Shown here piece by piece: positions 16,063-28,075 of a stretch of DNA of 64,000 bases. How positions within the stretch are numbered: the first letter of the stretch is position 1; each line of letters opens with the position of its first letter. Source of the DNA: Macrostomum lignano. Its lineage: Eukaryota. A model generated the notes under the pieces. It ran no database searches. It was given only the letters and a program-made list of their open reading frames with translations, and was not told the origin of the DNA. A program made the translations under genes and the position numbers. The DNA is taken from the NCBI GenBank assembly GCA_002269645.1, contig NIVC01000067.1:992001-1056000 (forward strand). The letters run 5' to 3'.

Positions 16063-16685
16063 CTGTACAGGCAGCTCTGCTTTCTCTTCTCACCCGATGC
16101 ACTGCTGCGTACTGTAGGGAGCTGAGTGGCTTGGAAGACTCACCGGTCATATTTTCTACAATTTCTACGCTTTCTTACACTGTATATTCCTTTCATCGGA
16201 CATTTGCAGCAGACTCAACACTTGCGTTCAGGAAAGTCAGGAAGTAGGATTTTTGCCTCGGGCAGCTTGATGCATGTCTTCCCGATCCCTACCCTCTGAT
16301 GCCGCCGGTGCCCTCCTTCGCTGCATGTCTGGCAGTTCGCACTAAACAGATTCAACATTCATATTATTTTTTGATTTAAAGTTTATGAGTTAGTTTGCTT
16401 TACCAAGATATTTTGTATCATGCTCTGATTAATAGTATTTTTTCTACATTCTTCCTTAACCTTTTTCAACAAAAAACTTTACTCCACAAATTTTAGTTAT
16501 TGAACTATCTAAAAAATTCAATCAACTTTTTACTGATATCATTAAAACTCTGTAAGTTGTCAATTTAAAATTGGCTGCTGCAAGCACTTAGTGCCATGTA
16601 AATAAACACCTGATGATGGACAGGTAGCGCATCAAGTCTTGATAATTCTAGCATGAACTATCTAATGGCTAAGTGAGACTAAAAT

Positions 16686-17446
<761 letters not shown>

Positions 17447-18462
17447 TGATCAATTCTGATTACGTGTGCGTCTTGCAAGAAAGCAGGAATGCAAGTAATT
17501 AAAAGCTATTTGTCTTGTCAAGCAACTACGACCGGTGTGTAACTGTAAACATCTTCCTGTCGACGCCCTAAACAGTGTAAATAGAGACTAGTTTCAATAT
17601 AGGCTTCACCCCCACACCCCATTCCCCCTTCCCACTCGGATCCTGATGGACCAATTAAGTTAGCTGGAAGTGAAAAAAAGCATGATAATGGTACTATATG
17701 AGGTCTACCATATACTTAGATGGGCCATAGACAAAACAGTTTCCTCAAAGTCTGTCTTTGATTATGCAGTTATGCGATTCAGAACAGTAGAAAGACTATG
17801 GGGGTGTATTTCAAATACACACATTTTCCTTTGTCTCTATCTCCGAAAATATTCAACCACTGACATGAAAATCCAGAACACGGGCTAAAATTTTCCGCTC
17901 TATTCGATGAAACAACTTCAAGAATCATGACAAATCGGCATCGTCGAGATATTCAACGATTTTCCTCGGGTTGTCTGGTGGCACAAACCACCAACATTGG
18001 CAAAATTTTTCTGCTCAAAAAATCTCATCATGAAACCACGTCGGCTCGACAAACTATGCATATCAGTCGTAGAGGCCTTTGTTCTCAGTATCCCAGGCAC
18101 CAGGGTCCCCTTCATCTCCGTCTGGGGCATCGGCGGCGACCGTCGGGACCTTCAACAAAAGCACCTGATCGGCGTCTCAGAGACGGCTGCGTTCCCAAAA
18201 CTGAAATGAAAAAACCTCTTCTGCATGCAGCATTCAGTCATTAGACATAATCGGTGAATGAAATGTAGACATACAGGCGACCTTCGGGACCTTCAACGGA
18301 GTGCCACCACGCGGCCCTGACGAGCTGGCACCCTCAACATCGTGACTTTTCTATCACGGCACCAATCCAGGCATGTCTGCATATTATACAATGCTTTTGC
18401 ACCATGTTAAATCGGAGAGTTACAGATTTAACTGGCGACTGAAAAATAAAATATATTTAATT

Positions 18463-18570
18463 TGTCAAAAATGATATTACGGCATGTCAAAAATGATGTT
18501 ACAGCATGTCAAAAATGATATTACGGTATGTCAAAAATGATATTACGGCATGTCAAAAATTATATTACAG
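18463..18570. repeat. 22-bp tandem repeat inside the piggyBac
   Basis: TGTCAAAAATGATATTACGGCA, about 5 copies. Confidence 0.85.
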
Positions 18571-18636
18571 CAAATTCAGAGCAGAAGGATCTGAACACCG
18601 ACACATAGACACAAAAGCGGAGTCAATTGTCACTAT

Positions 18637-19762
18637 TTAATTTGGTGCACAACGTGCGCAGTAATGGTGACTCACTGTCTCTTCCATCGCAGTGTGTCTT
18701 CGGCAAATTCCTTCGTCACACATGCAACACTTCCTTGATGTCGCACTCAAGGCACGCTTCTCGTCCTTTGACTTTTGTCTCGCGCATGTTGCACAGGGCT
18801 TTCTGCCACCAACTGACACCACAGCCGCCGCTTCACGTGCCTGTTCCTTCATTTGCTCGTCGTTGATTTGACAACCTGCGAGCTGGAACAGTCGATGATG
18901 ACTGTTCAGCCGGTGATGATCGGACAGATTCTGAAGAAGAGCGGCCGATTGCGAGCGCTCCTCGATCAGAGGTTGCAGAAGTTGCGCAGCTGCCTTGCGC
19001 TGGAACTCGTTGCGATAGTTCGGCGAGGCGCAGAGCTCCGGGTGCGCCAGTCTCCAGATAGCAGCGGCATTCACAGCTGCTATGTTGAGTATGCCGCCGG
19101 AGAAGATTGCCTTCTCGCATGAGTCGGACTTTCGCTTGCAGTCGGATGTGCGGAACATCCTGTTGCAGGTGTTCGTGCCAATCTTGGTAGAATTTTAGTA
19201 CGTGCCTATTACTACAGGCTTGCCATTGGGAAGCAGTTGTCTGTCGTGGTGCATGGTGGACAGCAACATCACGTTTCGGCCCGCCTTGGGGCAATAGAAC
19301 ACACGTGAGCTCCTCAGAAAACTGGAATTCGCTCGTGTGTGGAGCCATGGTTTGAGTTGAATTCTTGAGATCGGCTGGCAGGCCACCACAAGTGCGCATC
19401 ACTGTTCCCTTGGTCAGCCGAGCATCGGATTCCTGTGATGCAAAAGTAGTGGACAGCAGTGTTCCTTTGCCAGTGAAGATTTCCGCACTGAACACATAGC
19501 GGATTTCCATGTCATTCTGAATCTCTGGATTCCCAGCCGATGTCAGCAGGAACAGCTTGGCACCATTGCAACAGGGCTTCTCCTTCAGAAAGACCGTGAA
19601 GTCACAGTCCACACCCGAGTAGACAACCAGAGTTTCGTCGACGCAGAGGTACGGCCCGGGAAGGACAGGATGGCGCAGCTGACTGACAAAGGTGTCGGAT
19701 GCCGTAGAGCTTGTCCGTTGTGGCAGTCCGCTGACGATGTTCGGTAGTTTCGAATTTAGCAT
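18637..19762 (-). pseudogene. piggyBac transposase, N-terminally truncated and frameshifted
   Basis: PGPYLCVDETLVVYSG (first catalytic D), KP..NGAKLFLL, RNVMLLSTMH, Y*NSTKIGTN (GVD motif decayed) and the C-terminal cysteine-rich domain CATC...CCMCDEGICRRH...YCARC. Confidence 0.9.
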
Positions 19763-20584
19763 GGTGCAGGACCATTGTATAATATCCAGACATGCCTGGT
19801 TTGGTGTCTAGATAGAAAAATCACAATGTTGGGGGTGCCAGCTCATCAGGGCCGCGTGGTGGCACTCTGTTGAAGGTCCCGAAAGTCGTCCAGACAGAGC
19901 TGAATGCTGAACATGGTGCAGGACCATTGTATAATATGCAAACATGCCTGGTTTGGTGCCGTGATAGAAAAATCACGATGTTGGGGGTGCCAGCTCGTCG
20001 GGGCCGCGTGGTGGCACTCCGTTGAAGGTCCCGAAGGTCGCGCCCGTATGTCTACAGGTCAGCCTAGAGGGTCGCCATCGTCCATTTCATTAACCGATTA
20101 TGTCTACTGACTGAATGCTGCATGCACAAGAGGTTTTTTCATTTCAGTTTTGGGAACGCAGCCGTCTCTGAGACGCCGATCAGGTGCTTTTGTTGAAGGT
20201 CCCGACGGTCACCGCCGATGCTCCAGACGGTGATGAAGGGGACCCTGGTGCCTAGGATGCTGAGAACAAAGGCTTCTGCGACAGATGGACCCAGAGTTTT
20301 GAGCCAATATGAATATACCATAAAGGGTTATACAGTGTAGTGTTGGTTGTCCTTGCCACCAGTGTCTTAGACAAGAATCGTTGAATATCTCGACGATGCT
20401 GACGTCGGATGACTTTGAAAGTAGTTCGTCGGAAAGGGCGAAAAATTTTGATCTATACGGTGGACTTTTTTACGAAAATCGGTAATTCGGTTTGCGAGAT
20501 ATCGTGAAATGGGTCTTGTGTATTTGTAATACACCCCCGTGGTCTTTCCCCATGGGGAAAATAGCGTGGTCTTTCTACTGTTAA

Positions 20585-21916
20585 TTGTTCTATAGGTACT
20601 TTAACACTCTTCTGATTAGCATTAGCAGCAACTTCACTTGTCAGTCCAGCAGGTACCATGGCAACGTTAGCCTGTTGAGACTGGCAGACAAGCAATGATT
20701 CACTTGTCTTGATGTTACCGCATTGCAAAGCGTTAGAGGCCGATCGGATCGTGTTACTGGACGAGCCAATGTAGCACTCGAGAGCTGCAGAAGTGTTCCC
20801 GGTAATTCTACTTATTTCGACTCGCTCGAGGCGGGCGTCTCGCAGAGATGTAGTGCAAGTCTTTCTTAGTGTTTGATTAGTGTAGCGGTCACAATCGGGT
20901 GTCGGTAATCCAGCAGTTACTGTTCTAACAACAGAGTCAATGGTATGTCGACCGAAAGCCTGATTTTGATACCATCTACCTCTCTTCACGGCGTCCTCGA
21001 TACCAGTTGAGAAACAGATTAGGCTTATTACAGATATGTGGTCTCATTTCGACATACTTCTTGTACAAGCACACAGTGCAGTACCGATGGTCAACCGTAT
21101 GATAGATGCGCCCGGTCTTTAAGGGTCTGTTGCAGGTCTTCAATCCACATTGGCAAGTCTTGGAGACGTTTGTCTCCTTAAACTGCAGGCACTCCTCCCC
21201 AGCTTCAAATCCAATGTTGATTTGCCGCTCGAACTCCAGTTGGTGAAGCTCTCTTCCACCCCGTAGGCCGAACGCTTTGCCCAGCGTAAAAATAACAGTG
21301 TACAGCAGTTGCTTGGGATTGGAATCTCCAAGAATGCCCTGCTCCCATAATGACATCTCCTCGGCAGTGCCAAGTGCAATAGTCGGCTTTGTTAGATTAA
21401 GCTGTTGCCTTCGCGGGCAGTCTCCCTCATGGCAGAATCTAATGCTGAACGGGTAGCAACAAACGACGAGTCTGTCGAAATACTGAATGTCCTTTTCAGC
21501 ACATGCTGGAAATAATGCTGAATCATTGTGATGATATCCTTCAACGAACCAGGTTTAAACTTTTGACCGTCAACCTTCCGGACTTCAAACACAAAGTACT
21601 GCAGCAACTCGTTAAGATCACCAGCTGACATCTCTTCAATTGATTTTATGACCATCAGTCCAGGTGTCCTGCCTTCCAGTTGGGCTTGCAGGCGAGAAGC
21701 CTTCCAGGCTTCAAAAATTTTGACGGCCCAGTCTCGCTTCGCGATTGTAGCTCTAGGGATCCCATCGTCTAGATAACGTTGTAAATCTTCTGCACTAGGA
21801 ATCTTTCCAAACAGTCTCGCCGATAAGCCTAGGTTGTCGGCACTTTTACTCGAAGTGGAAGATGTCTGCGCAAAGTCCAATTCCGCAAAGAATGCGTCAA
21901 ATTCGAAGTCGTCCAT
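20585..21916 (-). pseudogene. Crypton-type (DUF3504/ZMYM-QRICH1-like) tyrosine recombinase, two frameshifts, tail cut by piggyBac
   Basis: ORFs 21916-21392, 21356-20976 and 20989-20585 join into LNELLQYFVFEVRKVDGQKFKPGSL...LWEQGILGDSNPKQLLYTVIF..GKAFGLRGGRELHQL...WYQNQAFGRHTI...YTNQTLRKT...ITGNTSAALECY. The catalytic R and Y are present; both His positions are altered (Q, N). Confidence 0.88.
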
Positions 21917-23063
21917 ATCGAAATATTGCTTGATAATGAATTATATTAGATTTACAAGTACAAGTGTTGTGTCACTACACGTGATCGAAACAGCCCCTAA
22001 GAACGCTCTGCAGTGATCGAGCCTGGAGATGGCGTCAGCCCACTGACCGGACTGACTCCGTAACTGAGCGTGGGGTCGCGTCGAGGTAAGGTAGTCAGTC
22101 CGTCCCTGAGGTGTACAGTACCCACTTCGCACGAGGCCCAAATGAGTAATGAATGCAGGCGCAGGTCTTACTTTGATTTCCAATCTGCTCGACGATGGGC
22201 AAGGCAGCGAATTCGTTAATTTGTAGAACTGAGATTCTTGCTGTTGAAGTTTGTAGGTTCTGAAGAGTAGTCTAGTGTCAGGCGTCAACAAGCGCGCTCG
22301 CCCTGCCCACCGCCAGCAATTCTCTATTTATTTGGACTGCCTGGCGTAAGCCCTAGGGTCTCACGCCAGACAGCATTATCAAAACCCAACTTATTGGCCA
22401 ATCACCAATTGACAAGGGCTAACAAAAGGGGAGAGAGGGGCCAGACCAGCCAATCCGGCTGGGTACGCATAAAGAAAAGGGGCAGGGCATAAGAGCTGAT
22501 ACACAACTGGGGAGGGGGGGTTAGCGCAGGCAGAAATGGGGGGGTTGACACAAACAGAATGGGGGGGGGGTGGCGCAGGTACGCGGCCAGGAGGGGTGGG
22601 AGTGCAGTGCCGGGCGCACTTGACCGAGAGCCAGAGATTGCTCATCGGTGCAAGTGCACCCGGGCACAACACAAGCAAGCTGATACTTACAAGCTGCAAG
22701 CAATGCTCATCTGCGTGCCCTGTAAACCTGTCTGAATTCATTGGGATTTGTCTTTGGTTTTTGGCGTGTATTAAGTTTACATACTATATACGCTTTAAAA
22801 TATAGTCGCTTCGCTCGCCTCGAGACCATTGTCACTAGTCAGTGCTTTTAGATAATGTTTTGTGTATGGTAAAAACTGTCGCAACTTTGATTTCACTTTA
22901 TAGCCTGTGGTTCTAGCGTCACTTCTGGATAATGTCCTTGAGTTCTGGATAATGTCCACGACTTGTGGATAATGTCCACAATTTATTTAGAAAACAGCAT
23001 ACCACACAGTAACAATAAAATTCAATACAACAATGCACAGTAACAAAAAGGTAACAAAAAACA

Positions 23064-24629
23064 CTAGGAAATACTCTTGAAATTTTGGCATATAGTGTCA
23101 GTTGCCCATAAATTCTCACAGACTGCATTGGTTGAACGTGCAGTTTTGCATAACGAAATGTTCTTGCCATTTGGATGAGCGTTTGCGAAGTTGACCGCCT
23201 CCTGGACCGTTGAGCTCTGGTTGTTGACTGGGCACACGCTCGTGTTGATTGCTGGGCTATCTGTTGTACTGGCTGATGGGCACGCGCTCGTAATAACATG
23301 GCCATTTGAATCAGGTGTAGTAGTGTTTTTCTCCATGTCCAGTACCTTGGTTACGGCGTCGCTGCACTTCTTTAGCACCTTGTCACGTCTGATTGAGAGA
23401 TATCGGCGAACGGTTTTTTCGCACTTCTGGCCAGTTATCGCCATGATGTCGGCCATGGAATGCCCAGCTGCTTCTAAGTCGCACACCCCGCTGACTCTAA
23501 AATATTAGGCAAACGGTATTACACAATTGTAAGCATCTTGAGGCATTGCCTAAAGGCTAAATTAAGCTACACCTTTGGCAAAGGAGATTTACCTGATGCA
23601 GTGGTTGGTGTAAACTTTGGATAGCTTGGCCTTCCCACTCAGCGTCTTCATAAAGTTGTTGAGATAGTTTACGCCTCTCTTCTGCTTAGCACAAAACCGC
23701 CGTGCTCCAGTCGGCGAATTTCTTAGCGGTCTTGGGAACAGAGAATTGTCCTTGGTTTCACCAGGCAGGAGAGACAAATACTCATCTATAATTGCTGTGT
23801 CATATATCCTGGCCTGCTTGATTTCGACGTCTCTTTTGGCTTTCGCCGGATCAGCTGTCCTGTTCTTGGTCTTCGACGATGATAGTGCGTAGTACATCCT
23901 TCCGTCTGAGTCGCTTTTCTTCTCTAACCAATCCTTTGTCTCCAAGCTCGCAAGGTGCTCTCTGCCTCGTTCTCCCAGTCCGTACAGCAGCCGAAACAGC
24001 ATCTCGTCCTGTGTAACTTCGGCAGTTGAGCGGTCAAAGTAAAGACGCAGCTTTTGCATGTCTCCTTCCTCAATTGGAGGAAACGGTCTAACCTGACCTC
24101 CTGAGGATTGCCACTCACGGGTTTTGAACCGCAGTAGACGATTAGCTCCGGAAAATTCTTCTCCGCTAAGAATGTTAATGTTGAGTCCCGCAATCATTGT
24201 CAAATAGCGTTGGATTCCAGCACGTATGCAGACTAGGCTTGACGGCGAATAGCTGCCTCCGTCAGCGCGTCGTAGTTTGAAATAGAAATACCTCAGAAAC
24301 TCTGCCAGCGTGGCAGTAGTCAATTCGTGCACGGCTGCTCCATGCTCAGCTAGAAAGTTGACAAAACTTGAGCCGTATGCCAACATCTGCTCCCGAGTCT
24401 TGCTCGGCAAACTTGCAACTTCTTCGCGTGCCATCGTTTCAGTTATATCGAGCGGCACTGCCGGTCCTTCGGTCATGCATGAGACTTCTTCCACGTCTTC
24501 ATTTTCATCCGGTAGCAACGGCAATTCGTCACTTGCTCCTCCCTCTTCGATGTACTTGATAAATGTGGCTAGGTCTTCGTCGGCTGCGAAGTCGTTTCCC
24601 GAATTCGATAGCATTGAAATAAAATCCAT
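23064..24629 (-). CDS. Intact Crypton-type tyrosine recombinase, 2 exons, 489 aa
   Basis: Exon 1 24629-23593, 96-nt intron GTAAAT...TTTTAG (23592-23497), exon 2 23496-23064. The spliced protein has FLRYFYFKLRRADGGSYSPSSL (core-binding domain), GERGRE (R), SKTKN (K), YTNHCIR (HxxR), ITGQK (H/W position = Q) and VRRY (Y). Confidence 0.9.
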
Positions 24630-25261
24630 TTCGGAGCGTGTGACACCAGAGAGACAACTAATCGTTAATCAGATGCCCAGTTAATCAGATGCACTTAGTC
24701 TGCCATGATGCTTTTCTTGTAGCAGGGTTATTTGAGAGCTTTCATTTTCTCCACCCTCTCTCTCCTCTGTGCCTTTCTTCTTTGAAAACAGTCTATGGCC
24801 AAAAACTATGATAAGCAGCCTATGGCCATACAAGTTCAACCAAATATTTTGTCTATGGTACTTCCGAGCGACAATGAAGCTAGACAAAGGTCGGAACTCA
24901 GGATAATGGGTGGGGGCACTCGTGCGTTGAATTCAGCAACACCATAGACACTCGTGCGCTAAGTTGTCCTTGATGGATCCTAAGATATATACAGTATAAG
25001 CCGAGAACAATCGTGTCTCTCAAAACAGTGTTGGGCAGATTTAAAATCAAACCCGATCAACGTTCAGAGAATTCCTTCCTCGTTTAAGCAGCGCGGGATG
25101 AAGCGAAGCATCTGCCGAAACCAGCTACCGCATTCGGCTACTGTGATCGAGTGATCGGCTACTGTGATGTGAACGAGTACGCGCCACTCAAGCAGTGTTG
25201 TCTCTGGCAGTGGATTTGTCCAATTCGATTTGCACCTGTGGCTGCGCAAGTTGCCGCTTAA

Positions 25262-27307
25262 CAGTCGGATGCCGAAGCTATTTTTCCATTGCACGGATGC
25301 CGATGGGGGGTATTTCAAATACCCAAAAAGTTATCCACGCCATAACTCTTGAACCCGACGATGAATTCGTCTAAAAATTCACAGTACGGGCTAAAATTTA
25401 TCGAGGAATCTGATGAAGCCATCGTTGACTCTCTCCGACATCGAGATCGTCGAGATATTCAGCGATTCTCAAGGAGGTCCCCCTGTTTTTGAAGGCAAAC
25501 CGTCGAATTCAGTGGCTAGGTCTTGACACCAGGCAGTAAGGTGCACAAAATGATCCCAAACCTCATTTCAGCCATTGGTGAGGTAACCCAGAACACTTGT
25601 AGTGCGCTACAACAATGCCCCGTGGCCACCGTCGACCATCGTCAGGACATTCAACGAGCACATTCTGACATCATCGGAATTCGAGATCCGAAACAAATTT
25701 CGGTCAAATATTTATTATGAAATCTTGTCAATGAGCAACCTACGACTCCTTCTTGCATTCAACCTACTTCCTGCACCGTCCCGACCGTCTGGACGACCAT
25801 CGGGACCTTCAACGGATGTGTCCATCGGACTTCTGGCAGTCTAGCATATACTTTGGCTAGGAATTCTTGATCAAGCCTCACCAATGAGCACCCTAGCACT
25901 CTAAGCGCGCAACTAAACTAATGAGCAACCTGCGAACCACTGCAGTCACGCCTAGTTATTTTGCACCGTTTCGCTTATCGATCGTTAGGAAAAATGGCCA
26001 AGGATAAATTTAAAAAAACAGAGTCGCACGAAGTTTTTAATTGTTCATAAAGATGACGCAAAATTTTTTTTAGCACACAGAAAGTGCTGGTGAATTGTTC
26101 TTAAAGCTGGCGCAACAGAGTAAAGTCGCTATGGAACGGTGTCATTGAATAAACAGTCTAATAAACATGGAATAAACAGTTGTAAAGGAATAAACAGCAT
26201 GCAATGGACGCATGAACCAAAAGTGTACACAGCAAGGCCTCCACTTTTTTCATTCACCGCCATGTCTTGTCCCACTGAAACTCATAAACCTGCCTTAGTG
26301 CCTGTCATTAAATGTGCAAGTTGCACAGTAAATGAAGTTGTTTCCGCTGTGACAACAATCAAAATTTCAGTCCGAAATTAGACCATAACCGTTATAAGAG
26401 CATTTCAAATTTCTACTGCAAGTTTATGCCGACAGTTTTAAGCATAAAGTTTTCCAGTAAAACATGATTACTATTATTTCTGTTTTTTATCCGCTACTTT
26501 CTCAGCATAATTTTCACTGTTATGATCCTCTTTTAATTTCCATATCGATTCTGCATTTCGATTCAGCTAAACTGATTTTTTTTCTTGGGAATGTTAATTT
26601 GGACAAAACTGGGTACATCTTTTGGTGTAAAAGTCTGAGTGAGTAAGAGAAAGTGACACTAAAAGTTTACAGATTATAACGGTACACTTACGAGCAGTCA
26701 GAGCAAAAATAACGGGTGTCATGCACTCTGTGACGAACAGTCTGTGATGAAGTGACGAAGGTCTTTGCAGATCGCACACGGCACGCGAAGTGCATGACTT
26801 CGAAGTGCATGGACACATCCGTTGAAGGTCCCGACGGTCGTCTAGACGGTCGGGACGGTGCAGGAAGTAGGTTGAATGCAAGAAGGAGTCGTAGGTTGCT
26901 CATTGACAAGATTTCATAATAAATGATTTGACCGAAATTTGTTTCGGATCTCGAATTCCGATGATGTCAGAATGTGCTCGTTGAATGTCCTGACGATGGT
27001 CGACGGTGGCCACGGGGCATTGTTGTAGCGCAGTACAAGTGTTCTGGGCTACCTCACCAATGGCTGAAATGAGGTTTGGGATCATTTTGTGCACCTTACT
27101 GCCTGGTGTCAAGACCTAGCCACTGAATTCGACGGTTTGCCTTCAAAAACAGGGGGACCTCCTTGAGAATCGCTGAATATCTCGACGATCTCGATGTCGG
27201 AGAGAGTCAACGATGGCTTCATCAGATTCCTCGATAAATTTTAGCCCGTACTGTGAATTTTTAGACGAATCCATCGTCGGGTTCAAGAGTTATGGCGTGG
27301 ATAACTT
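25262..27307 (-). mobile_element. Second, non-autonomous piggyBac derivative with about 500-bp near-perfect inverted repeats
   Basis: Left end TTAA|CAGTCGGATGCCGAAGCTATTTTTCCAT...GGGGGTATTTCAAATAC has the same layout as the 20580 end. 25328-25825 is an inverted copy of 26809-27307. The spacer holds a cysteine-rich-domain remnant (RVPCAICKD...TRYFCSDCS*, about 26690-26800). The right terminal ~66 bp are missing. Confidence 0.8.
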
Positions 27308-28019
27308 GGCGGCGATATATCGACCTGGCGTCCAAACAGCTGATCCGTGCAATCGAGCGAGCGTTCGCGACCAACAACCGGCTGCCGGTAGTCTGGCCAG
27401 CCCTGTACATCGGCACGAAGGAGAGTTCGCAGCTGGCACTGACATGGCCCCTGATCAGATTGTCGCCAGTTTAATCGACGCGATCGAACATTGTGTCGAA
27501 GACAATGCTGACTGCGCACAAGGCAAACGCATTGTTGTACCAGCACCGCCCGAAGTTACGGACGAATCGGATGGTTCCGACAGCAGTGTCAACGAGTCTG
27601 ATGATCCAATTGCTGCGTCTGAATACGCAGATGCACAGGCTATCGCAGACAAAATGACAGAGCGACTAACGGAAATTTGGTGGAAAGTTAACAACAAAAT
27701 CGAAGAGAATGCATCACATGTCCATCGTCGCAAACAGTTGCACACTGGCGTTAGGGGAACGCTCGCCAAATTACGACATACGCTGACGGTTAGTCTGGAG
27801 ACTTGGCTAATGTCTCCGCATCAAGTTTGTACAGATTTGACTGAAATGACAACGCGTGGTGTCTGGCGAGCAAGCACTGCCGGAGTAAAAGCCTGCCAGC
27901 TACAGTGCATTCTACCTGCAGTCAAGACTCAGAGAGACAGAGAGAAAAAGAGACATAGAGCAAACTATTCTTATAGTATGTACTCCAACGCGTATATAAC
28001 CAAACGGTATATAAGATAA
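27308..28019 (+). other. Unassigned coding-like segment (about 235 aa open, acidic core) abutting the truncated piggyBac end
   Basis: Long stop-free frame with protein-like composition (PEVTDESDGSDSSVNESDD...ERLTEIWWKVNNKIEE). The annotated ATG lies inside the piggyBac IR, so it is not the native start. Confidence 0.35.
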
Positions 28020-28020
28020 T

Positions 28021-28075
28021 ACACACACACACACACACACACGCACACACACACACACACGCACACGCACACACT
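28021..28075. repeat. (CA)n microsatellite
   Basis: ACACACAC run. Confidence 0.95.

Larger units (their letters stand above)
17785..20580 (-). mobile_element. Defective piggyBac element with long (about 600-bp) imperfect TIRs
   Basis: Termini CAGTAGAAAGAC... (17785) and ...GTCTTTCTACTG|TTAA (20580; TTAA at 20581-20584; the left target site reads AGAA). 17785-18395 is an inverted copy of about 19925-20580. Internal piggyBac transposase remnant. Confidence 0.88.

Noticed and set aside
22521-22703. CVVPGC as a THAP-like zinc finger between the two recombinases
   Set aside because: The remaining THAP residues (W, C, H, FP) are not in register; too weak to call.
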